DNA of 64,000 bases from Octopus vulgaris (GCA_951406725.2 OX597814.1:38936001-39000000); one strand, 5' to 3'; counted from the stretch's first letter, positions 27,782 through 40,900 are shown. Numbers and translations are program-made. Notes: generated from the letters alone by a model not told the origin.

Positions 27782-28239
27782 GGAGGGAGGAGTCCGTGCC
27801 CTGGACAGAGGACGAGGAGTGGCATTCGAAGGTGACTACGAAGATCATATTGGATGTCGCTATGGTCAGGGTTATGAACACCTCCTCAAAGAACGTGTTT
27901 GCCTAAGGGAAGCGTAAGCCTGGTCTGGGAGGAGGGGCTTTGTGTATAGTGTTTATATATATATTACATGTAATTATTGAAATATGTTGTTGTTTGTAAT
28001 GGACTGTTAAGTCCAAAAATTGAAAAGTTGTAAAAGTTGTAATACCTCCTTTAATACCTCCTTTTGTGTTTGGTTTTAAAGAACTATGTTTTAGAGAAGC
28101 AGAAGTCGGTGGGCGCTTTTTGTTTACTCCCATCCTTATCATCTTTCTTTCATTATCATTCATTTGATTAATGTCCTTGTCCTGCACGCAAAGATACTTT
28201 TCTCTATGTACTGTCTTTATGGAATATGTATTGAAGTAG
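27782..28239 (+). mobile_element. Second, 5'-truncated insertion in tandem at the same SINE site
   Basis: Bounded by AGAAGCTTACTTCCC (27767-27781) and AGAAGCTTGCTTCCC (28240-28254). Its reading frame VPWTEDEEWHSKVTTKIILDV weakly resembles LSFTQDPVWSPQIAVEVITFDV of the upstream ORF1 C-terminus. Confidence 0.65.
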
Positions 28240-28411
28240 AGAAGCTTGCTTCCCAACCACATTATTCCGGGTTCTTTCCAACTGCGTCTCACTTCCGTCT
28301 CACTTCTGTCCCACTTCTACTTCAGCCTCGGACCGACCAAAGACGTGTGAGTGGATATGGTATATGGAAACTCAAAGAAGCCCGTTGTATATACATACAT
28401 ACACAAGCGCG

Positions 28412-28503
<92 letters not shown>

Positions 28504-28562
28504 GAGAGAGAGGAAGAGGGTTATGTATTTCTATGTCTGCTTGTCCACCCACCATCGCTTGG
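28240..28562 (+). mobile_element. SINE family A body (continuation of the 25618 head)
   Basis: CCCAACCACA..CCGGGTTC, CCTCGGACCGACCAAAG..GTGAGTGGATATGG..GGAAACTCAAAGAAGCCCG, CCACCATCGCTTG. Confidence 0.85.
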
Positions 28563-29004
28563 TATTATACCATGATATAACATAATATATTTCGATACTT
28601 TTAGATTTGATTTCATTATATTGTCTGGTTTAAATGTATTGTTTATAATTGTAATTGATATGTCGTTGAATGTCTAGCGCTCACGTTCATAATAGGCATT
28701 TGAATTATTTTTTTTACAATCCAGTCGTCCTTTACCACGGAATTTCGTCTGTCTTCAACCATTGGCTCTGATGAAACTTATATAAAGGAATTAAATTGTT
28801 TACATATCAAAAAATCATTCGAAACAAACTGGTGGCTTTTTTCGTATTTTAATAATTGTTTGTTATCTTATATAATAATATATTCATAACATATTACGTT
28901 ATATTATAATATAAATTTTACCCATATGTATGTGTTATTTAACATACATACAAGTGATGTGGATGTTTTACACCCCTCTTCGAAGGAATTCTTTTCGTTA
29001 CTTT

Positions 29005-29066
<62 letters not shown>

Positions 29067-30399
29067 TTGTGTGTGTGTATATATATGAATATATATGAAT
29101 ATATATACGAACATTTTATGACTTTGCATAAATGAATATAACAGAATTGTGAGACAAGCTTAAAGAAGTTGATACCAATGTTGGTTTATATGACGGTGCT
29201 ATCCATAGATATGTTCACGTTGTAGAATAAATATTTCTGTTAAACTTAGAATTTTTTGAATGCAGAACACTTGAAGTTATTGTCAGTTTCCGTTGCTTTT
29301 CCCTTTCAATATGAAATCACGTGAAGAATTTGGAAAGTTACAGTATATACTGACAGCGAACTCCTTATATATGCAATTAAATATCACAAAATATTATAAA
29401 TACGCAATAAGCTTCACACTAATATCCGTACACAAAAATATGCAGGTATAACAATGTTTCAGCAAATGTGCCTGTATATAATTTTATGTGTATACAGATA
29501 CACGCTCAGCGCACATATACATATGAAAACACGCATTCACACACACACACACATACATACACACGCACATATATATGTAAAGTAAGAGAGTGTATAAGTG
29601 CATAATATGAAACTAGAATTGACAGAACAAAGATATATGAAGCAGCTAGATGTAGTTGAAAAAAAGGAAAAACAATAATTATTTCGGAATCAATAACAAT
29701 AGCCTTCAGCTGTTCAGAAACTTGAACCATGGGAGTTAGATATCTTCATTTTAGTTAAGGTAATGAATAACATGCAGGAACACACACAGAACAGATTTCA
29801 AAGCTCATTAAACAAGATTTCTGTTACTTTTGCGTTGTTGAAAATTATATGTGTTTGTAAGATAATTCCATTGTTCTATTGGGACAAAGATAAATACGTA
29901 TACAGTAGATATTACGCCAGCTTTTAGAGAAATCGTGCACCGATACGTGTAAATGTATTGTTGCGATGTCGAAGTATAGTATTGTTTCCCTTTAACACTG
30001 ACCACAAAATAAAATTGTTTGCTCGCACACATACTTAATTCACATTCCTACATGTGGATAGAAAAACACACATACATACATTGATACAAACATTGTTACA
30101 CACATATATGCATATATGTACGTACATACATACGTGCATATTCGTATAAATAACTGCATGCATGCTTACATACATGTATACATACATACATACATATATC
30201 AATCCATCCATCTACCCATCCATAAATACGTACATACACACAAACATACATGCATGCATACATACATACATTACATATATCCTCTTTGATCTCTCACAAA
30301 AACCCACTGCAATACCTATTCACAAGGCACATTACCTCTCGAAACGTGTTCAATAACGTCTGTAACTTTTTCTTTGCTGATGACTCGGAAGTGTGTGGG

Positions 30400-32620
30400 C
30401 CAAATATTAACCACACAAAAATGCAACAGGATCACGTACGCCAATATTCCAGGGACATGGGGTGAAGTTTGACTAGCTCAAATGCGTTTTTATGATAGTA
30501 AGCCTGGCAAACATGTGTCCTTGCCGAAGATAATAAACGTAAACATAAGCAACATACATGTACAACGTCTGCTCTCAGGGGAAAGCTACAAATACATCGG
30601 ACAGGATGAGAGTCTCAGCCAAGATGGACTCATCATAAGAAGTGGACAAGGCGGTTAAAAACTTTTATCAAGTGCACTCAGCACATTTGCAATGACATTA
30701 CTATCGCCTATCTCTGGCCCTCTTCAATGGGCAATACAAGTACTGCATAAAATTGGTGTTAGAACTCGGAAGTTCCTCTGTATAACAGGAAATTTCAGTA
30801 CCAGAGGAGATGTAGACAGGCGATATTGCCCAAGCAAGGAGGGAAGCCATTGTCTCCAATATTTGTTGATGTCATATGAAGCACATATTATGATACTAAA
30901 ACGACATTTGAATTAGTTGAAAGGAATCAGTAACGAACTTGACCAAGTTTATGACTGTGAAATTAGCAACATAACTAATAAAATAGCTAATGAACATGAG
31001 GAAAAGCACAAAATAAAAATAGAGATCTCTCCGAAAGGACCATTGGCAACAGAATAAACTGGAAAGTTGGGCAAGTTCACTTGGATTATAGTCACTTAAT
31101 ATATATCAGGTGATCCAGTAAGTTCTGTCCAAATTTTGAATAACGAAAACAAGTGATCAAATACTATATTCAATCGAAATTTAATCATCAATGTACTTCC
31201 CTGATTATCTCTGACTTGCTTTCATGTATTTGCAATCTTTTTAATCCCATCAATGTAAAACTCTTTTGTTTTCAAAACGAAGACCTCTGAAATGTCAGTT
31301 TCGACATCCTCCTGGCTTGCGATAGTTATGTCCCCCAAATGATTCTGTAAACTACGAAACCTGAAAGAGCAAGGTCGTGAGAATAAGGTGGATGAGGAAT
31401 TTTTCCCACCCAAGCTCTTCGATCTTCTGTGATCTTTGCAGTGTTAGGTCGCGTATTGTCCTGCTGAAACATCACTCCTTTTCGATTCCCTAAAGCGTGT
31501 CTTTTTCTCTTCAAAGCTTCGTTCAAACGCTTTAATTGCTGACAGTAGACTTCAGCATTGATAGTTGCATTAGATGGGAACAATTCAAAGTGAATTAATC
31601 CTTTGCAATCCCACCAGATAAAGAGAAGAAACTTTTTCCCATGAAGTTTCCTTCTCGGTTGTGGTTGAGCGTTTCCTTTTTACTAATCCACTGTTTACGG
31701 CGTTTAACATTTCGATAGACGATCCATTTTCGTCACCAGTCACAACACTATCCTAAAAGGGTGAAATAAGCTTCCGAGAATGGAGAGAATAGCAGATGTC
31801 AACTCGGGATTTGCGGTTGCTTTCGGATATTTCATGAGGCACCCATTTTCCAAGTTTAGGAACCTTTCCTAGTTGTTGAGGATGATAATGAACAGTTGTA
31901 TGGTTTGAACAAAGCTTTATTGCCAATCCTTCAACTGATGATCTAAGATTTTCTTCAAGTAAAGCCCCAAGGAGCTTTTCATCTAACTCAACTGGACACC
32001 CAGTTCAATCTTCATCTTCAAGTCTCAAATCTCATCTTCTGAATTTTGCAAACCATCTTCTGCAAGTTCTTTCATTCAAGCATCCTTTCCTATAACCTGA
32101 GTGTATATGTTTCGAGTGTCTTCGGCTGCAGAGCTTCCTTTTTTGTACACATAATGCATTATGTGCCTCAAATGGTCTTTGGATATTTCCATGTTAGAAA
32201 GTGTTTAATCAAAAAAAATTTAATTCTATTACGCCGTAAAATAATATTTGATTAGTTTAAAAGTACACAAATGAATAAAAATAATTTTAAATTTCATTAG
32301 ACATTCTAAAAAAAACATTAAATTTCATTCAATTTTAATAAAAGTAAAATCTTATGTGATGAACTGATAGTAAGTACCTCGAGAAATGACAGACCGTAGA
32401 AGGAAATGCTAATATCAAAAGCTAGTTTATTGACAAGTTTATGACATACCACTTCGAAGGTTATATCCATGCAATTCGGAAACAGGAGATTCTTATGAAG
32501 TAACTACAGTATAAAATGATTGGTAGATAACAAAATGAGGTTGCACAGAGCCAACGACTTTATTGCCAAATGTGAAAGAATGCTTTCCAGATATTATCTT
32601 CATATGAGGCATTAGACGGA
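30400..32620 (+). mobile_element. R4/Dong-like LINE fragment interrupted by a mariner (31104-32372)
   Basis: ESYKYIGQDE and VRTRKFLCITGNFSTRGDVDRRYCPSKEG (cf. DVDRLY.PRK.GGRG) before the mariner. DKFMTYHFEGYIHAIRKQEI after it. Confidence 0.7.
31104..32372 (-). mobile_element. Mariner transposon, about full length (~1.27 kb), decayed
   Basis: Motifs LGKWVPHE, VTGDE.WIVY, TINAEVYCQQLKRL..QDNTRPN and HPPYSHDLALS. Degenerate TIRs TATCAGGTGATCCAGTAAG / CTTATGTGATGAACTGATA. Confidence 0.9.
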
Positions 32621-34462
32621 GGACAGAACAGCATGAAACAAGATGACCAGAAAGAAAACACCTGCAGACGCAGTTGATTATATTGGACCCAAAGAATACT
32701 GTTGGACCCTAGCAATCAGGGAGCCATCGAACGAATTCAGATAAATACGCTTAGAATGAACACTTGTTATCGACTTCCACAGCTGGAAGTATAGTTCTCC
32801 CTGTTTAAATATTTCTGGTCACGTTACTGATCCGTTGATGATTCATGGCTAACATAGTGCTAATCAGGCAATCTATCAGGCTCAATTATCATTTTGCCTG
32901 CGAAGAGGGCCTGCAGCAATGCTACATCACGTACTTTCTTCACCAGGAATCGAACCTTTTAGATATTTTTTCAGGAAACATTTATTTTATGTTATTTTTT
33001 TTATGAGTATTTTAACATTGCCAATAACTTTAAACGTTATATACCTAAAATCCTATAACTTTGTCTCTTACTTTCAAAACGTATATTATGAGAAATTCAT
33101 AATTCATATTCGGAGTAAATAATGACTCGGTTGGATACAAAAGACCTGAATCAGGAACTGGAAAATAAAGCACATTTCCATAAGAACAGGTTCCCTTGCT
33201 GGCATATGTGCGCAAAATCTACTTCATCGTTCAATTATAACGGATTTTTTTCCTTGAATACTCATTTCGCTTTTGTTATTTTGATTGTTTTCAAATATTA
33301 CGTGGTATCAATATGAACAGTCTAATAAATATTATATGTGTTATATATTGCAGAATTTCACATTGTTTCGTTTCTCAGCAACAAGAGATACATTGGGTAA
33401 AGGTAGTTATTTGTCAATTCCTATAAGGTCCTTTAAAATCTTTCTTCCTTAATCTGTGTAGTGTAGGTAATTCCAGTTATTGATTTACAATAATATTCTT
33501 TTCTCTCGGGAAATATTCTTACCGAAGTTGGTCAATGTAATAATATCAATTTATTAAAGGCATTGTAGGAAATATTTCAGAATAGATACCATACACACCA
33601 TGTTACAAATAAGTATATTATGGAAGAAAATATATTATTTCATAAGAATAATGTTACAATTTCATTACTTGGCCAATAACTTGTGTTCTTGAATGGAATT
33701 CAACGCAATTTAAATTAGATTTTATTTACAATGTCACAGAGTAATAGAGAAGTTTTCATCCAAGAAATAAAAAAAAGGTACGAAGCATAGTTTTACTCCC
33801 CGAGCAGGTACTTGAGTTAAATACTTATGTAGTCTTATAAATGAGAAACATTTCACCTCCAGTAAATATATTACACGACTAAATGTGATAAATACAATAC
33901 ACGAAATTCTTCTCGGAAAATTTTGTGGTGAATTTTATTCCTGTAGGAGTTAATCTAACTGGGTGTAATGGATTTCTTCAGAGAACAATAGATGAAATTC
34001 TAAATAACCATTCGTTACTCATGGTTATATTCTCCACTTAAGTAGCAGAAATAGTCCAGAAAACTGGAATGGGGTACGATAATCCCTGTAGTATTTCAGA
34101 TTAAAACAATTAATTAGTAATTTATTTAATGTCGACTTTGTAAAATCGTCTAATTAAACTAATTTAATTTTTAATATATATTTAAATAGTCAGCGAAGAA
34201 AATATGGTAGTATTTTGTATCCTCTAACTTCTCTAATCATCAGTAAGTAGGGTGGATATTTTCGTGCGTGTTTGGAATGTAATAGGTACTACTTACAAAG
34301 CTTATCCATTACGAATATTCATTGATTAAAAAACTTCTAAAACTTGTAAGTTATAGATAAATACTTGGACGAGTTATAGAAAACAAAAGTTCCCTGAGCG
34401 TATATGCGCTTTATTTCATACATTTTAAAATATTCTTGTCATTTTAATCACATGTACACAAC

Positions 34463-34625
34463 ACCAGAGCTGAAGACACCTCCGAAAGATGGGTGGCCCC
34501 GCCACGTCAAAACGGTAGATGAGTAGGGGCCGAAACCGGACGTGGTTCTTCCTGATGATGTCTTGAGCTAACTGGATCCATTAAAGGAGCTGTTGTGGTA
34601 ACAGATCACGAAACACGGTTGTAAT
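34463..34625 (+). ncRNA. Tandem hammerhead-like motifs in a GC-rich island
   Basis: CTGAAGA (34470) ... GAAACCGG (34532), then CTGATGA (34552) ... GAAAC (34610). Complementary blocks GGCCCC/GGGGCC and CCACGTC/GACGTGG. Confidence 0.45.
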
Positions 34626-35153
34626 TCCTTCTTTAGAGAAATTTAAATATGGTGATGTTGAAATAATATTTAAAGCCAAACATTGAACGAAACATTTACT
34701 AATAATATAAACGGAAATATTATAATCTATAGTAAAACCCTCTGGTATGCTTTCTAACAAAAACCAAAGAGTTAGTTAGTAAAATATTAGTTACATGAGA
34801 ATGCATGTAAGCATCTGGTATGAATGTTGTTGATAAAAAATATATATTAAAGTTATTGAGTTCTTGAGTCAGATAACAAAAGAATTGATTATAAACAAAT
34901 AAAATACGCTACACATGATCCGATTTCTATATGCTTAAGTAATTCAGACCTAATTTGAATGTTGTTCAAAATAATAAATGTGAAAGAAAAATATATCAAA
35001 ATATATTGGTATGTTGGAAAATCAAAAATAATTTAATGTATAATTATCTTGATTATACGTTATGGCACGTTTTCAAAATATCGTCTTTTAGTAAAGAAAC
35101 TCAAGGTATTTGAATAGTAAATGTTATATAAATACGTGAACACACATACGCAC

Positions 35154-35204
<51 letters not shown>

Positions 35205-35873
35205 TTTGTACATGTATATATCTATGGTGTATACATGTAAACATATACGTACATATAACCATCTTCCAGGCTTTTACGTACTGAGATCAAGGGCCGCAGA
35301 CTTCAAATATAGCTTATATCATTCCGGTCGGTAAAGTACCAGTGATATAATCGTTTAATTTCCCTCTCAATTACTGATTTTGTGCTTAAATTGATTATTA
35401 TTTTTAGGTTAATCATAATTTATTCGACAACTCCTACGTGACAACAAAAGATCAACTACTCAGCAAACATTTTGTATTCTATGTGCTATTATTACAATAC
35501 AAATATTTCTCAAATAAGAATCTTCAACGTCATTAAGTGCACCATTTCTGACAAAACTGATTTCAGGCTTATGCTTAGCTGTCAGAAAAGTACCAGCAAA
35601 TGTGTGCTGTTGTCCGTATTTGTGACTGATAGATGTTCAATCAATATTCCTAAAGATAAATATTATTAGCCAGAAAAATGTACACCAAACCAAATATCAA
35701 AATTCAAAAGAACTTTAACGGCCATGCTATATCGTATTATAAAATGCATTACCAGAGTAAAATTTTATAGATTTGTTCCGCGTCTTTAGAGACATCTTAT
35801 GTTGGTAGTTTGCAGGTTTCATTTTATGCGTCAGGGACATTACCTTTTTTATATACTCCTTATGGTAATTATA

Positions 35874-35933
<60 letters not shown>

Positions 35934-36106
35934 TAAAGTTTGTTTGGTAAAGCACGTGGGTGAATATATAAGAAAATAGTAAAGTGTGAAAAAACGACAG
36001 AAGGCTTAAATGTTAAAAAACATATATATTTGTGTCAAAATGTCTGGAGAATATTGGAAAAAATTTTTTTCCCTTTCCTTAAAATGACATAATTTTAAAA
36101 TTTTTA

Positions 36107-36146
36107 AAGAAATTACCGGTTTCGCGTGTAGCTTTTCAAATTTCTT
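36107..36146 (-). ncRNA. Minimal hammerhead ribozyme, U3-A8 variant
   Basis: aagaaat TTGAAAA gc tacac gc GAAA ccgg TA atttctt. Perfect 7-bp stem I and palindromic stem III ACCGGT. The inverted copy near 36816-36855 has GAAA changed to GACA. Confidence 0.7.
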
Positions 36147-36280
36147 GTGACGTTATGTTTATATTGCATGGAATTATCGTTGTTTTTATTTCCAGGAGAT
36201 TTCTAAATAAGGGGAGGTAGTGAGTGATTTTTTCCGGTGTAGGGGAGATAATCGCTTAAAATTTTTTTCCCTTTTCCTTG

Positions 36281-36742
36281 TTAATTTCTCTGTGTCAGTA
36301 TGTTCGGATGGTGGAGTCTGGGTTTGTACTTTTCAATGAAGAATGTTTCCTTGTTCAGTCTCATTTGTGTTGATGATCCGAAAGCACATTGGTAAAATGG
36401 GAAGATTAAAAATTGTGGCAGTAGTTGCTTTGCGCATTTCTCAATGTGCTCACTAAAAGGTATCATTCTATATTCTGGGAATGCAATCTGTTGTCGATGC
36501 AGTGTGCATCTGCGCCTGAGTGATAGTCCCGTGGAACCCACGTAGTCTTGGTGGCAGCCCGAGCATTTAATAACATAAATTATGTTTTCAGAGGCACAAG
36601 TAAAGTTAGATTTGATCTTAAATTTCTGTCCCTCTTTAAAGAATAATTCTGATCCTTCCAATAGGTTAGGACATGTTGCACAGTTCGATCTACCACATTT
36701 TTTTACTTTTGCATCTGGGGTTGTGATTTCTGTTGCACTCAC
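36281..36742 (-). CDS. PLE C-terminal Cys-rich linker plus GIY-YIG endonuclease (partial, uninterrupted frame)
   Basis: CGRSNCATC linker, FTCASENIIYVIKCSGCHQDYVGST..LRRRCTLH..SEH..RLNKETFFIEKY. Confidence 0.85.
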   Translation of the reverse strand: MSATEITTPDAKVKKCGRSNCATCPNLLEGSELFFKEGQKFKIKSNFTCASENIIYVIKCSGCHQDYVGSTGLSLRRRCTLHRQQIAFPEYRMIPFSEHIEKCAKQLLPQFLIFPFYQCAFGSSTQMRLNKETFFIEKYKPRLHHPNILTQRN

Positions 36743-37048
36743 TACCTCCCCTTATTTAGAAATCTCCTGGAAATAAAAACAACGATAATTCCATGCAATA
36801 TAAACATAACGTCACAAGAAATTTGAAAAGCTAAACGCGACACCGGTAATTTCTTTAAAAATTTTAAAATTATGTCATTTTAAGGAAAGGGAAAAAAATG
36901 TTTCCAATATTCTCCAAATATATATATTTTTTAACATTTAAGCCTTCTGTCGTTTTTTCACACTTTACTATTTTCTTATATATATATATATATATATATG
37001 GATAGATAAAACTTACATAGAAAAGGATGCGCGGCGTTCGATCATATA

Positions 37049-37756
37049 ATAATATAAATGTTATATAAATATATGCATATATACATACATATATGTATAT
37101 ACCTACATATATATGTATATATACATGCATATATGGGTACAGGAGATCAAAAAAGGTTGAAAACAATGAGAAACGAAAACATAGAAAACAAAAACATAGA
37201 AAACAAAATTTTTCGAGCAGTGAAAAAAGAAATAGAGAAAAGAAACATGCAACATAAAGAACATTCCCTTCGTTTTTTGTCCCTGTTTTATCTACTCCAC
37301 GTTTCAAAGGTAAGGAGAATACACGAAAACGCGATTTTCTAGCGTTCCTAATCATTATTCACATCGTCTTGGCTTAACAGCCCTCACTGTTTGTTTTTAC
37401 TGTCTTGGTTTCACTGTCCTGTTTATGTTACCACTTTCACCCTCCGCAAAAAATCCAAAAGTTTATTTAATTTGTTTTGTGAGAAGGAATGTTTCAACGA
37501 AATTTCGTATTGTGCTTAGCTTCGAAACAGGGACAACTGAAGAAGGGAATTTTCTTTATGTTGCATTTCTCGTTTCTCCGGGTTTTTTTCGTTGTTCAAA
37601 AAAATTTTTGTTTTCTATGTTTTTGTTGTTATGCTTTCGTTTTTCATTGTATCTACGTGTTTTGGATGTCCTGTGCCCATATATGCATGTATACGTACAT
37701 ATGTATGTAGATATGTACATATATGTATGTATATATGCATATATTTATATATTATT

Positions 37757-37763
<7 letters not shown>
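37049..37763. mobile_element. Inverted-repeat element (~240-bp diverged arms), probably a non-autonomous PLE derivative or fold-back
   Basis: About 37049-37288 is the reverse complement of about 37525-37763 (e.g. ATGCAACATAAAGA / TCTTTATGTTGCAT, GTCCCTGTTT / AAACAGGGAC). Adjacent to (TA)n. Confidence 0.75.
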
Positions 37764-37796
<33 letters not shown>

Positions 37797-37883
37797 ACGC
37801 ACATACATACATACTTAGATATAGATAGATACATATATCTATATACATACACACGCACGCACACACACACACACACACACACA

Positions 37884-37927
<44 letters not shown>

Positions 37928-40900
37928 AAGAATGAGTGAAACAGAGAGTGGTGTTTATGAGTATAGAGAGGGAGATAAAAAGAAAGATATCGTGACGAAG
38001 AGTGAACAAATTTTGTTATCAGTCATTAGTTGAGATATTATGTATTAAGCATTTTCATTTCGGTCGAATTTAGCATTTTTATCTTGACATTGCTAGTTCT
38101 ATTTAATCTGGAGCTTTATGTATCAAGAGCTTTAGCTCCACTTTCCCGATAAATTATTTTTTTCTGCTATGATCATCATGGTAGTAACATTTTTAAATAA
38201 AAATAACAAAATAAAATAATATAGTTTATTTAACGTACATCATGATTGCAATAGACTCCTGAGATAAAAGAAAGAAAATGCAAGGCAGATAAATATTTAA
38301 ATATGATTGGATTCTACCATTATAATTCATTATAAATCGCCGATTCGTTAATTAATTTCAGTGATTACCAAATGAAGAATTCATTAAAATTATATTTTTT
38401 TCACTATTTCAACGATTCCACAATCACGTGCATTCCTATATGTATAGGTGTACATACACATAAATACACATACACAAGAACGGACACACACATGCACACA
38501 TACATACACACATACTTATTTCCAAATATGAAAATACGTGTATATATGTGTCTTTCCGTGTGCTTGTACATATGTATATATTCATATATAAATATATATG
38601 TTTGTATTTCTTTTTATGTTGGATTCAATTTACATAGCATAAATTATTCCTCCCTTTTAAGATTCTAATATTTTCATTGATACAAGTGAAATCAAAATGT
38701 TGCGTGGATTAAAAGATTTTGCTGAGCTATTATTATTCGCCCTGAAACACATATAATTAAATTCTTATCTAAAAACCGTCTGTATCAAAATGCTATGAAC
38801 AAATCTGGCTTGTAATAAACTTACATTTATTTTTCCCTTTTCTCTGTATGAAATAAAGATGTAAATAATTAATTACATTCCGAATTTTAGTTTCGAAACT
38901 TACGTTAATTCGTAGCAAAGGATTTCAGTGTCTGCAAATATTGTCTTAGAAAATTTATTCACGAATATTAATTGAGGAAGTTGGAATCCTACAATCACTT
39001 ATAAATTTGGTGATTGAAAAGGTTATTCTGTATCTAGTGGAATTGTTGTAGGAGAGTCATTAGCAACTCTTTAACTTATAAATGGAGACAGTAAAAGGCT
39101 CAAAAAAAGAGGTCTATTAACATAAAATTAACTCAAATCATTCAAAGAAGGAAATCTTAAAGGATGGATGAAGTAATAGGTGACATCACATTTGTGAATC
39201 TGTATTTATATTTATACTTGCATGTATTAATTTTTAAATATATATGCAGAAAGAAGAAATTATGATAAATTCATTGCTATATCAAACGGAAAGAATGCAA
39301 TGACTTTGTGTCGACACAAAGTTCATTATTGTCATAACGAATTTAACTTCCTAATTTAAATGCTTTCATCTGAAAGTAATCTGTATGTCTAAGCCGCAAC
39401 AGTTGCACCTCTCTGATGGTTAACAAAATATATTTTAACGATGGCATGATAATCACTAACTTTTAATAGCTTGTTTTGTAAACTGGTTATACTCCGTATA
39501 CTTTTGGAATATAGTACTTGTGAAAGGCTAGTGTATTGAGTTAAACAGCCCCTCGTTTATCTTGTAGACACTGTATAAATTTTATGAGTAGTCTACTGCT
39601 CAAATATAGATTTTCTTTTACATATTTTATGTTTTAAATATCTATGAAGCACACCATAGTTAGTTTGTCTTATTTTTCATATGTCTAAACGTCTTACTCT
39701 TTGTGTCAAGAGTTGTCTGTACTATCATCATCATCATCATAATCATCACCATCTTCACCGTCAATCTCATCATTATCACCATCATCATCATTATCTTCAT
39801 CGTCGCCGCCGTTTTTCTCATCATCGCAATTGATAAAACTATGCATTAATTATTAGCCCGGTTACTTTTGATAACATCACAGGACTAGGACTTTTTAAAT
39901 CGGTATTTTGTATTGCTACAAATTTCAACTTCCGTCATGACGTTTAGTACACTAACTCAGGACATTGATATACGTATATCAAGTTATATAAATAAGTTGG
40001 CAAAATTAATCTCAGAATGAACCTACCACTGCAGCAGGCTCTAATAGATCACATGCCCCCATCACCATCACAATTCATACTGAGAGCCTTAATCAGGCAT
40101 TTGTTAAATCTGGAACGAGGGCTTCTCGATATCAAGACTTATTACTTGATATACGATGTTCATTCCTCGTTTAAAGATAATGACTTTGATTTAGGAAAAA
40201 TACTAAAATATACTGGAGCTAGAGAGAAGTGTATTCTTTCTCTTCCTTCGGCATCAATATATCGCAACTTTGTCTGTTTTTCATGTAGATTTATCAGTAC
40301 AAGTAATCCCGGATGTTTAGCTTCTGCCAGGCCTTGACATTATATTCTTGATTTTATTGTTTTCACTTATCTCTTGGCTTGCTTTCTCTTCTCTACCAGA
40401 TTTTATTTGGAAACAATCTGACGTGCGACCGGTCACATAACAGAGCTATCGATTTTCTTTTTTGGAAAGACAGTTACAAATTCTTTATTTTTGCTATTAT
40501 CTTTTACTTGTACCCAAGCATCAAACATGTCATATTTGAAGACAGTGTTGCTGATTACTTCCGCAAAACTTCGGAATTGCTACAATCTTAGATATGATTG
40601 AAATGAATAATAAAATTCCGATAGATTATTTGAAAGAAAGAAATCTGAATGACAGAATCTCCTCTAACATTACAGCTTATTTCCGGTCGTTCTGTGCGAA
40701 ATTTTCGATGTTCTTCTTCATAATAACGATCGATTCACGTGATTTAGTCATCAGTGAGCGAAAATTTAAGTAAAATTTTGTATATTAACAATGTAATTGA
40801 TATAGATTTTTCTCGTCTACAATCATTGAATAAAACCTCACACATAAATATATTACGTTAATGGATTCGTAATGCCTACGTGCTTCTTGTCATATAACAA

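Larger units (their letters stand above)
35931..36984 (-). mobile_element. Penelope-like element (Neptune-type), 5'-truncated, with inverted pseudo-LTR
   Basis: GIY-YIG ORF on the minus strand. About 35966-36226 and 36736-36984 are inverted repeats (~250 bp, few differences). Flanked by (TA)n on both sides. Confidence 0.92.

Noticed and set aside
34495-34545. HDV-like ribozyme interpretation of the pseudoknot
   Set aside because: Lacks a P3/L3 (UCCUCGC-like) element and the P1.1/J4-2 arrangement.
40017-40337. 106-aa ORF
   Set aside because: No domain similarity recognised; length is compatible with chance.
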